Positions 8,859 through 19,453 are shown, counted from the first letter of the stretch. The stretch is 64,000 nt of DNA from Pseudomonadota bacterium (GCA_039033515.1 JBCCCM010000012.1:2710-66709); one strand, 5' to 3'. The notes: generated by a model from the sequence alone, not told the origin. Numbers and translations are program-made.

Positions 8859-9413
8859 TTATTCGTCGCAGTCGCCAATGCGATTTTGCTTGTAGGCGAC
8901 TTTCATCGACATCGCGCCAAGCTCGGGAACTTCGCCGTCCATCGTCATGGTCATATCCGAGCTGGTCGGCGTGACGGCGCCGTTGAGGGCCATGTTCATT
9001 TCCGAACCGGCCCCGCCTTCACCCGTCTTGCAGGTCATGGCCATGTCAAGATCGCCGCCATCAAGCGTGAAGGTTGAAACGGTGCAGTCGCCGTTCTGCC
9101 CTTCCTTGATCGAATCCGCGTAGCCTTTCTCAGCCATTTCCGGGGTCACGCAATATTCGATGCTCTGGCCCATGGCGGACTTCATCATGTCCTTCATGCC
9201 TTCGGGCGCGCCAGGCATATCGATTTCGAGGATGTCCATCGTGGTCGAATATTTGCCGGGCTCAGGCCGGATTTCATCGCCCGAAGCGGCCACCGCTTCA
9301 GCCATTTCTTCACTGGTTATGTTGCCGTCGCCATCCGCGTCCGCATCCACTACGCCGCCGCCACAAGCGGTCAGCGCAAAAGCGGCCAGAGCCGGTGTCA
9401 AAATGTACTTCAT
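8859..9413 (-). CDS. DUF3617-like lipoprotein with EF-hand loop
   Basis: Lipobox LTAC; DADGDGNITSEE; PGKYSTT...YCVTPEMA...RIGDC. Confidence 0.75.
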   Translation of the reverse strand: MKYILTPALAAFALTACGGGVVDADADGDGNITSEEMAEAVAASGDEIRPEPGKYSTTMDILEIDMPGAPEGMKDMMKSAMGQSIEYCVTPEMAEKGYADSIKEGQNGDCTVSTFTLDGGDLDMAMTCKTGEGGAGSEMNMALNGAVTPTSSDMTMTMDGEVPELGAMSMKVAYKQNRIGDCDE

Positions 9414-9457
9414 TCAATCCCCCTAAGCTTAGATTTCAAAGCGTCGCAAAAGCGCGA

Positions 9458-9925
9458 TCAGCAGTCACCGATCCGCTTTTGCTGCACGCGCATCGACATG
9501 GAACCGGGCCCGGTGCCCATGTCGCCGGTCATCTTCATCGTCACATCGGACGTGGTCGGCGTGCCGGTGCCCGACATCACCATCGTCATTTCGCCCTGTT
9601 CGGTGTCACACACCAGAACGGCGTCCATCTTGCCACCGGTCGCTGAAAAGCTGTCATAGCGGCAATCGCCGTCCTGCGCCTTGCGCAGCGCGTCTTTATA
9701 GCCCTGCTCGACCTCTTCGGCGGTAAGGCAGATTTTAACGCTGCGCTCAAAAACACCCTTCATCATGCTGGTCATGTTGGCGGGCAGACCGGGGATATCC
9801 ATCGACAGCAAGGTGATCTGGGATTCGTACTGACCCGGCTGCGGCTTCATATCTTCATCCACCGTCTGCGCGATTACCGCGCCCGTCCCCAGCAGCGCGA
9901 CCACACCGGCCAACCAAACCTTCAT
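9458..9925 (-). CDS. DUF3617-like exported protein (tandem paralog)
   Basis: Signal peptide; PQPGQYESQIT, ICLTAEEV, CRYDSF, KRIGDC parallel the neighbouring gene. Confidence 0.75.
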   Translation of the reverse strand: MKVWLAGVVALLGTGAVIAQTVDEDMKPQPGQYESQITLLSMDIPGLPANMTSMMKGVFERSVKICLTAEEVEQGYKDALRKAQDGDCRYDSFSATGGKMDAVLVCDTEQGEMTMVMSGTGTPTTSDVTMKMTGDMGTGPGSMSMRVQQKRIGDC

Positions 9926-10042
9926 CACCCCAGTCTCCCTGAAAAGGCGTCTTAACGACCCGACGCCTGAGTAAACCCGGTTGCACGCTAGGGCCGACGT
10001 CGCCACTTCACAAGCGGGCTACGCGCCCTCATATCCACATTC

Positions 10043-12235
10043 ATGGCAGAACTCGTAATCCGTCGCGGCCTTGAAGAGCCCGAAACCGGCGAAGACTTCA
10101 CCCCGCACCGCCCCGCCCGGCCCGAAAAATCGATGCCGGGCAAGCGGTTCGAAATCGTCTCGGATTACGAACCCGCGGGCGATCAGCCGACCGCGATCGC
10201 TGAACTGGTTCAAGGCGTTCACGAAGGCGACAAGACCCAGACGCTGCTCGGCGTGACCGGCTCAGGCAAAACCTTCACCATGGCCAAAGTGATCGAGGAA
10301 GTGCAGCGCCCCGCCCTGATCCTGGCGCCCAACAAGATCCTCGCCGCGCAATTGTATGGGGAGTTCAAAAGCTTCTTTCCCAACAACGCGGTCGAGTATT
10401 TCGTCAGCTATTACGACTATTACCAGCCCGAAGCCTACGTGCCGCGCTCCGACACGTATATCGAGAAAGAGTCGAGCGTGAACGAGGCCATCGACCGGAT
10501 GCGCCACTCGGCCACGCGCTCTTTGCTGGAACGCGATGATGTGATCATCGTCGCCTCGGTTTCGTGCCTCTACGGGATCGGTTCGGTCGAGACCTATTCG
10601 GCCATGATCTTCGACATCAAGAAAGAGGAGACCGTCGACCAGCGAGAGCTGATCCGGAAACTTGTTTCCCTCCAATACAAGCGCAACGACGCCGCCTTCA
10701 CTCGTGGGTGTTTCCGGGTGCGTGGGGACACTCTAGAAATCTTCCCCAGCCACTACGAAGACATGGCTTGGCGCATCAGTTTCTTCGGCGACGAGATCGA
10801 GGAAATCGCTGAATTCGACCCGCTGACCGGCAAGACCGGCGCGAAGCTCGACCGAGTGCGGGTCTACGCCAACTCGCACTATGTGACGCCCGGCCCGACG
10901 ATGAAGCAGGCCAGCGAAGCGATCAAATTCGAGCTCGCCGAACGTTTGAAAGAGCTGGAGGCGGAGGGAAAGCTGCTGGAGCACCAGCGGCTCGAACAGC
11001 GCACCCATTTCGATCTGGAAATGATCGCGGCGACGGGCAGCTGCAACGGGATCGAAAATTATTCGCGCTTTCTCACCGGACGCCTGCCGGGCGAGCCGCC
11101 CCCCACCCTGTTTGAGTACTTGCCTGAAAACGCACTGCTCTTCGTCGATGAGAGCCACCAGACGGTGCCGCAAATCGGCGCGATGGCGCGCGGCGACCAC
11201 CGGCGCAAGATCACGCTGGCCGAATACGGCTTTCGCCTGCCCAGCTGCATCGACAACCGCCCCTTGCGCTTCAACGAATGGGACGCGATGCGCCCGCAGA
11301 CCTTCTGCGTCTCGGCCACCCCCGGCCCATGGGAGCTGGAGCAAACCGGCGGTGTCTTTGCAGAGCAAGTCATCCGCCCCACTGGCCTGATCGACCCCCC
11401 CGTCGAAATCCGCCCGGTCGAAGACCAGGTGCAAGACTGCATCCAGGAATGCCTCGCCACCGCCAAGAAGGGCTACCGCACCCTTGTCACCACGCTGACC
11501 AAGCGGATGGCCGAAGACCTCACCGAATTCATGCACGAGGCGGGCGTGCGGGTCCGCTACATGCACTCCGATGTCGAGACGCTTGAGCGTATCGAGCTGA
11601 TCCGCGACCTGCGCCTTGGCGTCTATGACGTGCTGATCGGGATCAACCTTTTGCGCGAAGGCCTCGACATTCCCGAATGCGGGCTGGTGTGCATTCTGGA
11701 CGCGGACAAGGAGGGCTTTTTGCGCTCCGAAACGTCGCTAGTGCAAACCATCGGTCGCGCCGCGCGCAACGTCGATGGCCGCGTGATCCTCTACGCCGAC
11801 CGCATCACCGGATCGATGGAGCGCGCGATGGCCGAAACCGACCGCCGCCGGGCCAAACAAGAGGAATACAACAAAGAGCACGGCATCACGCCCAAGACGA
11901 TCAAGCGCGACATCGCCGACATCGTCGCCGACACCGCAAGCCAGGACGGCGTGGTGGTCGACACCGGCGATGACGAGGTCAACAATCTCGTTGGGCACAA
12001 TCTGCGCGCCTATATCGAAGACCTCGAAAAACGCATGCGCGACGCGGCGGCGAACCTTGAGTTTGAAGAGGCCGGACGCCTGCGCGATGAGATCCGCCGG
12101 TTGGAGAACGACGAGCTGGGTCTGCCGGATAACGAGAAGAAGGCGCCCAAGGTTGGGCGGTCGGATGCAGGTAGGCCGGGGACGCGCAAGGTTCGCGGGA
12201 AGGCGCGATACAAGCGGATGGGTGGGAAGCCTTGA
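10043..12235 (+). CDS. uvrB: Excinuclease ABC subunit B
   Basis: [10 protein letters not shown] Walker [11 protein letters not shown] beta-hairpin, DESH, C-terminal UVR domain. Confidence 0.99.
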   Translation: MAELVIRRGLEEPETGEDFTPHRPARPEKSMPGKRFEIVSDYEPAGDQPTAIAELVQGVHEGDKTQTLLGVTGSGKTFTMAKVIEEVQRPALILAPNKILAAQLYGEFKSFFPNNAVEYFVSYYDYYQPEAYVPRSDTYIEKESSVNEAIDRMRHSATRSLLERDDVIIVASVSCLYGIGSVETYSAMIFDIKKEETVDQRELIRKLVSLQYKRNDAAFTRGCFRVRGDTLEIFPSHYEDMAWRISFFGDEIEEIAEFDPLTGKTGAKLDRVRVYANSHYVTPGPTMKQASEAIKFELAERLKELEAEGKLLEHQRLEQRTHFDLEMIAATGSCNGIENYSRFLTGRLPGEPPPTLFEYLPENALLFVDESHQTVPQIGAMARGDHRRKITLAEYGFRLPSCIDNRPLRFNEWDAMRPQTFCVSATPGPWELEQTGGVFAEQVIRPTGLIDPPVEIRPVEDQVQDCIQECLATAKKGYRTLVTTLTKRMAEDLTEFMHEAGVRVRYMHSDVETLERIELIRDLRLGVYDVLIGINLLREGLDIPECGLVCILDADKEGFLRSETSLVQTIGRAARNVDGRVILYADRITGSMERAMAETDRRRAKQEEYNKEHGITPKTIKRDIADIVADTASQDGVVVDTGDDEVNNLVGHNLRAYIEDLEKRMRDAAANLEFEEAGRLRDEIRRLENDELGLPDNEKKAPKVGRSDAGRPGTRKVRGKARYKRMGGKP

Positions 12236-12458
12236 TTATCTTAGTCTTTCGGCTGTTTTTCCACACTTTCTCATGTTGGAAGTATATGATTGAGATAACG
12301 CCCTGAAATCGTACTATGTTCGGCTGAGGGACTTAAGACTGTTGGAAGGATCAGCGATAAAAAGTCGTTTAAATTCAAGCCGGACATAAGTTTTTAGAAG
12401 CGTTGCAATTTTGGTTTGCCGCTGACCAATGCGCTGCACGTATTAACGGAGCGCCGCC

Positions 12459-12566
12459 ATGACCCCCTTCGAAACTATCAGCACCACTATCCTCTTGATC
12501 ACCCTAGCCGGTGGACTCGTCTTCGGAGGCATCCAGATCGGGCGTTGGATGGAGCGCGAACGTTGA
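12459..12566 (+). CDS. Candidate 35-aa single-TM microprotein (not in ORF track)
   Basis: MTPFETISTTILLITLAGGLVFGGIQIGRWMERER; GGAG 7 nt before the ATG; hydrophobic core with charged tail. Confidence 0.55.
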   Translation: MTPFETISTTILLITLAGGLVFGGIQIGRWMERER

Positions 12567-12574
12567 CCCCAACC

Positions 12575-12687
12575 CGTCATGCTGAACTCGTTTCAGCATC
12601 CATCGCCCGCGCGAAGTTGCGGATCTAGAGCCGGAGATGGACCCTGGAAGCGGAGCTGGCCATCGGCCAAACAAGTTCAGGGTGACG
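12575..12687. repeat. MITE/REP-like palindromic element
   Basis: Terminal inverted repeats cgtcatgctgaact and agttcagggtgacg (12/14); internal 8-bp hairpin atgctgaa/ttcagcat (12579-12599). Confidence 0.8.
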
Positions 12688-12703
12688 AAGTGCGCTATGC
12701 AAG

Positions 12704-12766
12704 CGTATATGCTTCACCTTCAACGACGGAGAAGCGCACGGTGTCGAAATCGTCGACTACCATTGA
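12704..12766 (+). pseudogene. higB: C-terminal remnant of HigB (RelE/ParE-fold) toxin
   Basis: Frame reads RICFTFNDGEAHGVEIVDYH-stop, a typical HigB C-terminus; in-frame stop at 12683-12685 and no start codon. Confidence 0.8.
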
Positions 12767-13061
12767 TACATCGGACTGGTTGCACATTCCGCATGCGGGC
12801 GAATTGCTTGTATCGGAATTTATGGAGCCGCTGAGACTGGACGTATCCGCCTTGGCGCAGGCCATAGCGGTCGAACCTGCACGGCTGCAAAATATGATCG
12901 ACGGGACAAAGCGGATTGATGGCGAACTCGACCTTCGCCTCGCGCGCTATTTCCGCATGTCCGAAGGGTTCTTCATGGGCCTTCAGATCGACTGCGAGCT
13001 GCGCAGAGCAAAGCGCGAATTGAACGGCGAACTTGACCGGATAACCCCGCGCGCGGCTTGA
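12741..13061 (+). CDS. higA: HigA family antitoxin (XRE HTH)
   Basis: GTG start overlapping the higB tail (MSKSSTTID), PHAGELL..EFMEP, DLRLARYF.MSEGFFMGLQ. Confidence 0.88.
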   Translation: MSKSSTTIDTSDWLHIPHAGELLVSEFMEPLRLDVSALAQAIAVEPARLQNMIDGTKRIDGELDLRLARYFRMSEGFFMGLQIDCELRRAKRELNGELDRITPRAA

Positions 13062-13094
13062 CCCTGAGGTCGATTTCCTGCCAATCGGCAGCCC

Positions 13095-14597
13095 ATGAAA
13101 ACACGCCTCTTTACCGCGCTCGCCACAACCCTCGCTCTTGCCTTCACCGCTTCACCCGCCCTCGCGGACCACCACAAGGAAGACAAAACCGCGCCAGCGC
13201 TCGTAGTGCCACAAGAAAAGACTACGCAGCACTCAGGCACCTTTGGCGGCGTATCCATCCGGTACTCCGCGACGATCAAGGAAACGGTGCTTAAGAGCGA
13301 CGATGGCAAGCCCGAGGCGGTCATCGTCACGACCACTTACATGAAAGACCCGGCGGACAAGGCGCGGCCCGTGTTCTTCATCTATAATGGTGGGCCGGGA
13401 TCGGGTTCGGTCTGGCTGCAAATGGGCGCGTTTGGTCCCAAGCGCGTGGCTATCCCGAGCGACGCGAAAGACGATGGCGCGCCGCCTTACCCGATCCTCG
13501 ACAATCCGGCGAGCTTGCTCGATGTCGCCGACCTAGTGTTTATCGACCCGCCGGGCACGGGTTTCAGCTACCTGACCAAGGGCACCGACACCTCGAAGTA
13601 TTACGGCCTGCGCCAGGACGCGCGCGTGGTCGCCGCCGTTATCCGCCGCTGGATCAGCGACAATGGCCGCTGGAACAGCCCCAAATATCTGGGCGGCGAG
13701 AGCTACGGCACCAGCCGCACCGCGATGGTCGTCGATGAGCTGGAGGGATCGACCTATAACGACGTCGCGCTCAACGGGCTGATCCTGATCTCGACCATCC
13801 TCGATTTTGCCGCGCGCGAGCCGACGCCGGGCAACGAGATGGCCTATATCGTCACCCTGCCCAACATGGCGACGGCGGCCTATTACCACGGCAAGGTGCA
13901 GGCGACGTCGGTCGAGGCCATCGCGCAGGAAGCGCGCGAGTTTGCCATCGGGCCGTTCGCCACAGCGCTGCTGAAAGGTCAGGACCTGCCGCAAGAGGAA
14001 CGCGCGGCTGTGCGCGCGCGCCTGTCGCAGCTCACCGGCCTGTCCGAAGCCTATCTTGACCGCGCCAATCTGCGCGTCACCTCGCAGCGCTTTTACAAGG
14101 AATTGCTGCGCGACCGGGGCCTCACCATTGGCCGTCTGGATTCCCGCTACACCGGTGTCGATTACGATAGCGCGGGCGAATATCCGGACAGCGACCCCAG
14201 CTTCTACGGCATTGATGCCGGCTACACCGCGGCGATCAACGAATGGGCGCGCGAAGGCTTAAGCTTTGAGACCGACCGCGCCTATTCCTCCATCGGTGGG
14301 CTTGGCGGGCGCTGGGACTGGAGCCTGCAAGGGCGCGGGCGCAACGCCTATTTGAACGTCGCGCCCTTCATCGGAACCGCCATGCGCCGCAACTCAGACC
14401 TGCGCGTCTTCAACGCTCAAGGCTGGTACGATTTCGCAACGCCCTTCTTCGGCGCGGAATATTCGCTCAACCGGATGGGCATTCCGCAAGACCGGATGAC
14501 CTACAAATATTACGACGCGGGCCACATGATGTATGTGCGCGACGAGGACCGCGCGCAGCTATCCGAAGACATCCGCGCCTTCATCCGCGCCCGATGA
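13095..14597 (+). CDS. Serine carboxypeptidase, family S10
   Basis: Signal peptide, NGGPGS, GGESYG nucleophile, AGHMMY. Confidence 0.92.
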   Translation: MKTRLFTALATTLALAFTASPALADHHKEDKTAPALVVPQEKTTQHSGTFGGVSIRYSATIKETVLKSDDGKPEAVIVTTTYMKDPADKARPVFFIYNGGPGSGSVWLQMGAFGPKRVAIPSDAKDDGAPPYPILDNPASLLDVADLVFIDPPGTGFSYLTKGTDTSKYYGLRQDARVVAAVIRRWISDNGRWNSPKYLGGESYGTSRTAMVVDELEGSTYNDVALNGLILISTILDFAAREPTPGNEMAYIVTLPNMATAAYYHGKVQATSVEAIAQEAREFAIGPFATALLKGQDLPQEERAAVRARLSQLTGLSEAYLDRANLRVTSQRFYKELLRDRGLTIGRLDSRYTGVDYDSAGEYPDSDPSFYGIDAGYTAAINEWAREGLSFETDRAYSSIGGLGGRWDWSLQGRGRNAYLNVAPFIGTAMRRNSDLRVFNAQGWYDFATPFFGAEYSLNRMGIPQDRMTYKYYDAGHMMYVRDEDRAQLSEDIRAFIRAR

Positions 14598-15148
14598 GGG
14601 CCCTCGGCCCGTGCCGCACGGCGGCGTTTAGTTGGGTTGCGCTCACCATCAGCGTCGCGGCGGTGTCGGCCTGCAAGCCGCCGCCGACCGATGCGGATAT
14701 GAACCGCGACCTGCCTGAGGTCGCGCCGACCTACGCGTCGGACCCACTGCCCTCGCCCGACACGCAGGGCGCGGTGTGGGCGATCAGCCCGAGCAACCCG
14801 GACCGCTTGATCTACGGCGTGCCCGGGTCGCCAGCGCTGCTGGCGCTTACATGCCTGACAGACACCCTCCCCGCGAGTCTGCGCATCACCCGGATGAGCC
14901 CGGCGGATGAAGGCGCAGGCGCGTTGCTCGCGATGGTGGGCAATGGCCATATCGGTCGAATTGAAGTGGACGCGGTCGAAGTCGGCAGACGCTTTGTGTG
15001 GCGCGGCGAGAAACTGGCTGCGGACGAAAAATGGGAGCCGCTCGCGGGGCCCCGGACGGTGACCGTCACCGTTCCCGGAGCCGGAATGGTGACCATCAAC
15101 GAGAACGAGATAGCGATGGCGTTTCTGGAGAAGTGCCGCGCGCGCTAA
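14594..15148 (+). CDS. Hypothetical lipoprotein
   Basis: Lipobox VSAC; ATGA overlap with the S10 peptidase stop. Confidence 0.7.
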   Translation: MRALGPCRTAAFSWVALTISVAAVSACKPPPTDADMNRDLPEVAPTYASDPLPSPDTQGAVWAISPSNPDRLIYGVPGSPALLALTCLTDTLPASLRITRMSPADEGAGALLAMVGNGHIGRIEVDAVEVGRRFVWRGEKLAADEKWEPLAGPRTVTVTVPGAGMVTINENEIAMAFLEKCRAR

Positions 15149-17220
15149 CGCTGGCGTTTGGCCAACTCGGTGAGCGTGTCCGGCGTCAGGACTTGCGGCA
15201 GTTGCTCCGCTTCACCGCCGGGCTCATACCACAGATAGAGCGGCACGCCCGCCGCGCCTTGCTTGGTCAGGAACGCGGTGATCGCTTCGTCGCGCACCGT
15301 CCAGTCGCCTACCATCGCGATGACGCCCGCTTGCTCGAATGCCTCCGCCGTCGCCTCGCGCTCAATCGCGACGCTTTCGTTGACCTTGCAGGTGACGCAC
15401 CAATCGGCGGTGAAATAGAGGAACACGGGCTGACCCGACGCGCGCGCCTGCGTCAGCGCCTCGGACGAGAACTCCTGCGCGGCGAGCAGCGAGGTCGAGG
15501 CGTCGCGGCTAGGCCGCTCAAAGCTGGCGGGCAGCGCTATGCTGCCGAAGACGAGGAACGGCGCCGCGACCAACGCGAAGGCGGGCCACGCCATCTTGCC
15601 CGAGCGTTGCAGCTTGCCCACGATAAACAGCGCGAGGATCACGCCAAAGGTCATCACCAGCGCGAACATCGCAAAGCCCTTGCCGCCCAATTGCGCGGTC
15701 AGCCAGATCAGCGCCAGCGCGGTCAGCCCCATCGGGATCGCCATGACGCGGCGGAACGTGTCCATCCACGCGCCAGGCTTTGGCAGGCGGTTGCGCAGAG
15801 CGGGCACGAAACCGAGCGCCAAGAACGGCAGCGCGAGGCCCAGCCCGAGCATGGCAAACAGCATCAAGGCCATTGGCGTTGGCAACAACAGCGCCGCGCC
15901 CAAAGCCGCGGCCATGAACGGCCCGGTGCACGGCGTAGCGGCAAAAGCGGCCAGCAGCCCAGTCGCAAACGCGCCGCCTGCGCCCTTCTTCGCGCCCGAT
16001 CCGGTGTCGATGCTCGGTAATTCGAACACGCCCGCGAAATTCGCGGTGATTGCAGCGGCCAGCACCAGCAGGACGATGACCACCGAGGGTTCTTGCAACT
16101 GGAACGCCCAGCCCACCTGCTCGCCCGCCGCGCGCAGGGCGAGCATGACCGCACCCAGCGCCACGCAAGCGAGCACCACGCCGGCGGTGTAGGCTAGCCC
16201 CTCAACCCGCGCCGCCGCTTCGCTCTCGCCCGCACGCGCAAGGCTGAGCGCTTTGAGGCTCAGGATCGGGAAGACGCAGGGCATGATGTTGAGGATCAAA
16301 CCGCCCACCAGCGCGCCAAGAGCCAGCGTCCAGAACGGAGGAATGTCGGGGCCTATCGGACCAGAAATCTGCTCACCGCCCGTTGGCACGTCGCCGGGCG
16401 TGGCGGCAAAGCGCACGCCGGTCTCTTCGCCAAAGGCCAGAATCCCCTCGATTGCCTCAGGCTGCGTATCGGTGAATTTGAGCGGGATATCGACCGTCAC
16501 AATGTCGCCAGAGCGGCGGAACACCTGCGCGGCGGCGTAATCCACCAGCTCTTCGTTGGCGATGAAGGCGTGCGGGGAGCTCAGCTCGACGCTTTCCGGC
16601 AGCGGGATCGCGAGGCGCAGCGCCGTGCCGGTGCGCTCGAAAGAGCTTTGCGCGTCGAGCAGCGGCGCGACCTGCGCGCGCCATTTGGGAAAATCGCCAA
16701 TTCCCGTCAATTCCTCGAGCACCGCGTCTTGCGGCACGCACACGCGGTCCGTGCAAGCAAGATACTCAACATAGGCTTTGAGGCCAACCATATCGGAATA
16801 GTCGACGCTGGGACCCACCGTCACGGGTACGAGTACCGTGTAGTCACCCTCATAAATGTGGTTCATCAAGTCGCCTATCATCAGTCGACTTGGAACCGGA
16901 TAAACGGGTTCGCCCACAGTCCAGTCATCAGGGACCTGCAAGTCCAATCGCATTCCCTGCCCTGCATCGCCGGGATTAGACCAATAACCGTGCCATTCGG
17001 CGCTCGAGGGGGAGAACCGCAGCGCGTACCACGTCACTTCACCTGCGACCCATGCACCCTCCGAGTAGAGTTCGACCGAGATATTGTCGTCGCCATAGTA
17101 AGGCGGCGTGCGCTCGGTCTGCGCCCACGCGCCTTGCGCCAAAAGGACGCTTGCGATGAGCGCACACAAACATGCAGCGAAGTGTTTGGGTGAAAGGGGG
17201 AAGAATCTTGCGTGGATCAC
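15145..17220 (-). CDS. DsbD-like protein-disulfide reductase (N-terminal Ig-like, TM, thioredoxin domains)
   Basis: WHGYWSNPGDAG, ACTDRVC, MPCVFP, ATPCTGP, FTADWCVTC. Confidence 0.93.
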   Translation of the reverse strand: MIHARFFPLSPKHFAACLCALIASVLLAQGAWAQTERTPPYYGDDNISVELYSEGAWVAGEVTWYALRFSPSSAEWHGYWSNPGDAGQGMRLDLQVPDDWTVGEPVYPVPSRLMIGDLMNHIYEGDYTVLVPVTVGPSVDYSDMVGLKAYVEYLACTDRVCVPQDAVLEELTGIGDFPKWRAQVAPLLDAQSSFERTGTALRLAIPLPESVELSSPHAFIANEELVDYAAAQVFRRSGDIVTVDIPLKFTDTQPEAIEGILAFGEETGVRFAATPGDVPTGGEQISGPIGPDIPPFWTLALGALVGGLILNIMPCVFPILSLKALSLARAGESEAAARVEGLAYTAGVVLACVALGAVMLALRAAGEQVGWAFQLQEPSVVIVLLVLAAAITANFAGVFELPSIDTGSGAKKGAGGAFATGLLAAFAATPCTGPFMAAALGAALLLPTPMALMLFAMLGLGLALPFLALGFVPALRNRLPKPGAWMDTFRRVMAIPMGLTALALIWLTAQLGGKGFAMFALVMTFGVILALFIVGKLQRSGKMAWPAFALVAAPFLVFGSIALPASFERPSRDASTSLLAAQEFSSEALTQARASGQPVFLYFTADWCVTCKVNESVAIEREATAEAFEQAGVIAMVGDWTVRDEAITAFLTKQGAAGVPLYLWYEPGGEAEQLPQVLTPDTLTELAKRQR

Positions 17221-17279
17221 GGATGAGCCTTTAGAGCGGGTGACATGGTATTCGCAAATGACCCATTCAAGGTGACACT

Positions 17280-18503
17280 ATGACCACAAGTTCCGACACC
17301 GCCGATCTGCTGATCCTGGGCGGAGGGCTTGTGGGCATGGCGCTCGCTCTGGCAGCCGCGAAAAAGGGCATGTCGAGCCACGTCATCGACCGCGCTGACC
17401 CGGCCGAGCTCACCGCCGAAGGGTTTGACGACCGCGCCACCGCGATCTCGACCGCCAGCTGGCACCTGTTCACCAATCTCGGCATCGCAAAAGGGCTTGA
17501 CGAATTTGCCTGCGACATCGCCTCAATCGCGGTGACGGACCAGCAAAAGCCGGGACGTATCGATTTCCAACCGGGCGAAGGCGAAGGGACGCTGGGCCGC
17601 ATGTTCCCGAACCGCCGCCTGCGTCTGGCCTTGTTTGAAGCGGCGGCGGACGAACCGCTGATCAACTGGGTGTCGAAGGCTGAAGTCGTCGAACGCCAGC
17701 GTTCCGAATACGGCGTCGCGGCGGTCTTGGCTTCGGGCGAAAAGCTTAAAGGCCGCCTGATGGTCGCCGCCGAAGGGCGCGGATCGCCCACGCGCGATGA
17801 GGCCGGGTTCAGCCTCGCCAAATGGGATTACCAGCACCGCGCGGTGATCGCCGGGCTCACCCATTCCAAGCCGCACGAAAACGTCGCCTGGGAGATTTTC
17901 TACCCCGCCGGTCCCTTCGCGCTGCTGCCGATGAACGATGACGCGGATGGCACGCACCGATCTTCGCTGGTCTGGACGGTGTCCGAAGAGGACGGAAAGG
18001 GCGTGATGAAGCTGGGCGACCGCGCGTTCCTGGCCGAAGTGCAAAAACGCATGGGCGATGTGCTGGGCGAAGTGATCAGCGTCGGGTCACGATCAAGCTG
18101 GCCGCTGGGCTTTCACCACACCGCCAAGATCACCGATGAGCGCTTGGCGCTGATTGGGGATGCGGCGCACGGCATCCACCCGATTGCCGGACAGGGGTTG
18201 AATCTTGGCCTGCGCGACGCGGCGGCTTTGACCGAAGTGCTGGCCGATGGCGCGCGGCTCGGGCTGGATCCGGGCGATGCGCAATTGCTGAAGCGCTATG
18301 AGAACTGGCGCGGGCTCGACAGCTTTATGGTCAGCCTTGCGACGGACACGCTCACGCGGCTGTTCGGGATGCCCGGCCCTCTCGCCTCGGCGGCGCGGCG
18401 TCTGGGGATGAGCGCGGTGCAGCGCACCGGCCCGCTCAAGACGTTCTTCATGGACGAAGCGCGCGGCGTCTCAGGCGATCTGCCGGAGCTTTTGAAGGCC
18501 TGA
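17280..18503 (+). CDS. UbiH/UbiF/VisC-family FAD-dependent hydroxylase
   Basis: GGGLVG, VAAEGRGS, GDAAHGIHPIAGQGLNLGLRD. Confidence 0.92.
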   Translation: MTTSSDTADLLILGGGLVGMALALAAAKKGMSSHVIDRADPAELTAEGFDDRATAISTASWHLFTNLGIAKGLDEFACDIASIAVTDQQKPGRIDFQPGEGEGTLGRMFPNRRLRLALFEAAADEPLINWVSKAEVVERQRSEYGVAAVLASGEKLKGRLMVAAEGRGSPTRDEAGFSLAKWDYQHRAVIAGLTHSKPHENVAWEIFYPAGPFALLPMNDDADGTHRSSLVWTVSEEDGKGVMKLGDRAFLAEVQKRMGDVLGEVISVGSRSSWPLGFHHTAKITDERLALIGDAAHGIHPIAGQGLNLGLRDAAALTEVLADGARLGLDPGDAQLLKRYENWRGLDSFMVSLATDTLTRLFGMPGPLASAARRLGMSAVQRTGPLKTFFMDEARGVSGDLPELLKA

Positions 18504-18514
18504 AGCCTTAGCGC

Positions 18515-19453
18515 TTACCCGCCCGATCCCACCGCGCTGGGCTGCGCGACCCGGTTGCCGGACCCATCGCGTAAGCCCCGCTGGTCGAGCACGGCGGCGG
18601 TCTCGATGTTCTCCAGCGCTTCCATCACCTCGGCAAAGCGCTGCGCGTCAGCGATCCACGCCTCCGCCCGATCCGCGCCGGGCAGGCCGCGCACTTCTTC
18701 GATGGCGCTGCGATAGCGGCCTTGCTCCATCGCGAAACGCGCGCGGTCCAGCCGCCTTTGCGGTTGGCTCGACGGGGTGGATTCGCGCCGGATCACGAAC
18801 AATTCGCCCACCTCGCGGGTGAAGGCGTCCCAAGACGGGCCCTCGCTGCGCTCCTGCAATTGCGGACCCAACCCATCGAGCCGCGCGAGCAGCCCGTCGA
18901 GCCGGATCGGCGGATCGCTGCGCGAAAAACTGATGATGGTGCTGACCGCGTTGGGCCGTTCATCGCCAAAGCGCAGGCGCAGTTGGTCGGCAAGATAGCC
19001 AAGCTCATCACCGCGTTCGATCAGGCGGCGCGTGGCGAACGCGATCAGCAGCGCCTCGGCGCGCGCGGCGTTGCCCGCCGCGGCCTGCGCCTGAATATCG
19101 AGCCGAGTTAGCCGCTGTTCGGCGGCGGCCAGACGCTGATCCAAGCCGCCTTGTTGCTCGGCCACGCGGGTCACGACCTCAACCGCCTCTTCCGGGGTTT
19201 CGGCCTCTTCCAACGCTTCAACCAGCGGCGTGGGCGATGGCGCAATGGCCGCGCTGGGCGGCGCAATCGGCGTCGCCGCGCCCCCACTCTCGGCGGTTTG
19301 TGCAGGCTTTTGTGTGGGCGTGTCTTCGCCTTGGGCCTCAGACCAGAAATAGTATCCGACCGCCGCGCCGCCCAGCAGGAACGACGCGGCTGACGCAAGC
19401 AAGGGCCCCTTCAGGGACGGGTTCTTGCGCCGGCTGCCATACTTCGATTCCAT
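18515..19453 (-). CDS. Mic60/mitofilin-like (COG4223-type) inner membrane protein
   Basis: N-terminal TM, coiled coil, C-terminal AEAWIADAQRF...ALE; directly downstream of hemC-hemD, the usual position. Confidence 0.7.
   Translation of the reverse strand: MESKYGSRRKNPSLKGPLLASAASFLLGGAAVGYYFWSEAQGEDTPTQKPAQTAESGGAATPIAPPSAAIAPSPTPLVEALEEAETPEEAVEVVTRVAEQQGGLDQRLAAAEQRLTRLDIQAQAAAGNAARAEALLIAFATRRLIERGDELGYLADQLRLRFGDERPNAVSTIISFSRSDPPIRLDGLLARLDGLGPQLQERSEGPSWDAFTREVGELFVIRRESTPSSQPQRRLDRARFAMEQGRYRSAIEEVRGLPGADRAEAWIADAQRFAEVMEALENIETAAVLDQRGLRDGSGNRVAQPSAVGSGG

Noticed and set aside
9930-10043. SOS (LexA) box upstream of uvrB
   Set aside because: No GTTC-N7-GTTC or GAAC-N7-GAAC alphaproteobacterial box was found.
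16740-17100. Modest GC dip in the DsbD N-terminal domain
   Set aside because: About 52-58% GC in two lines counted; the frame is intact and no boundaries or repeats were seen, so mosaicism is unsupported.
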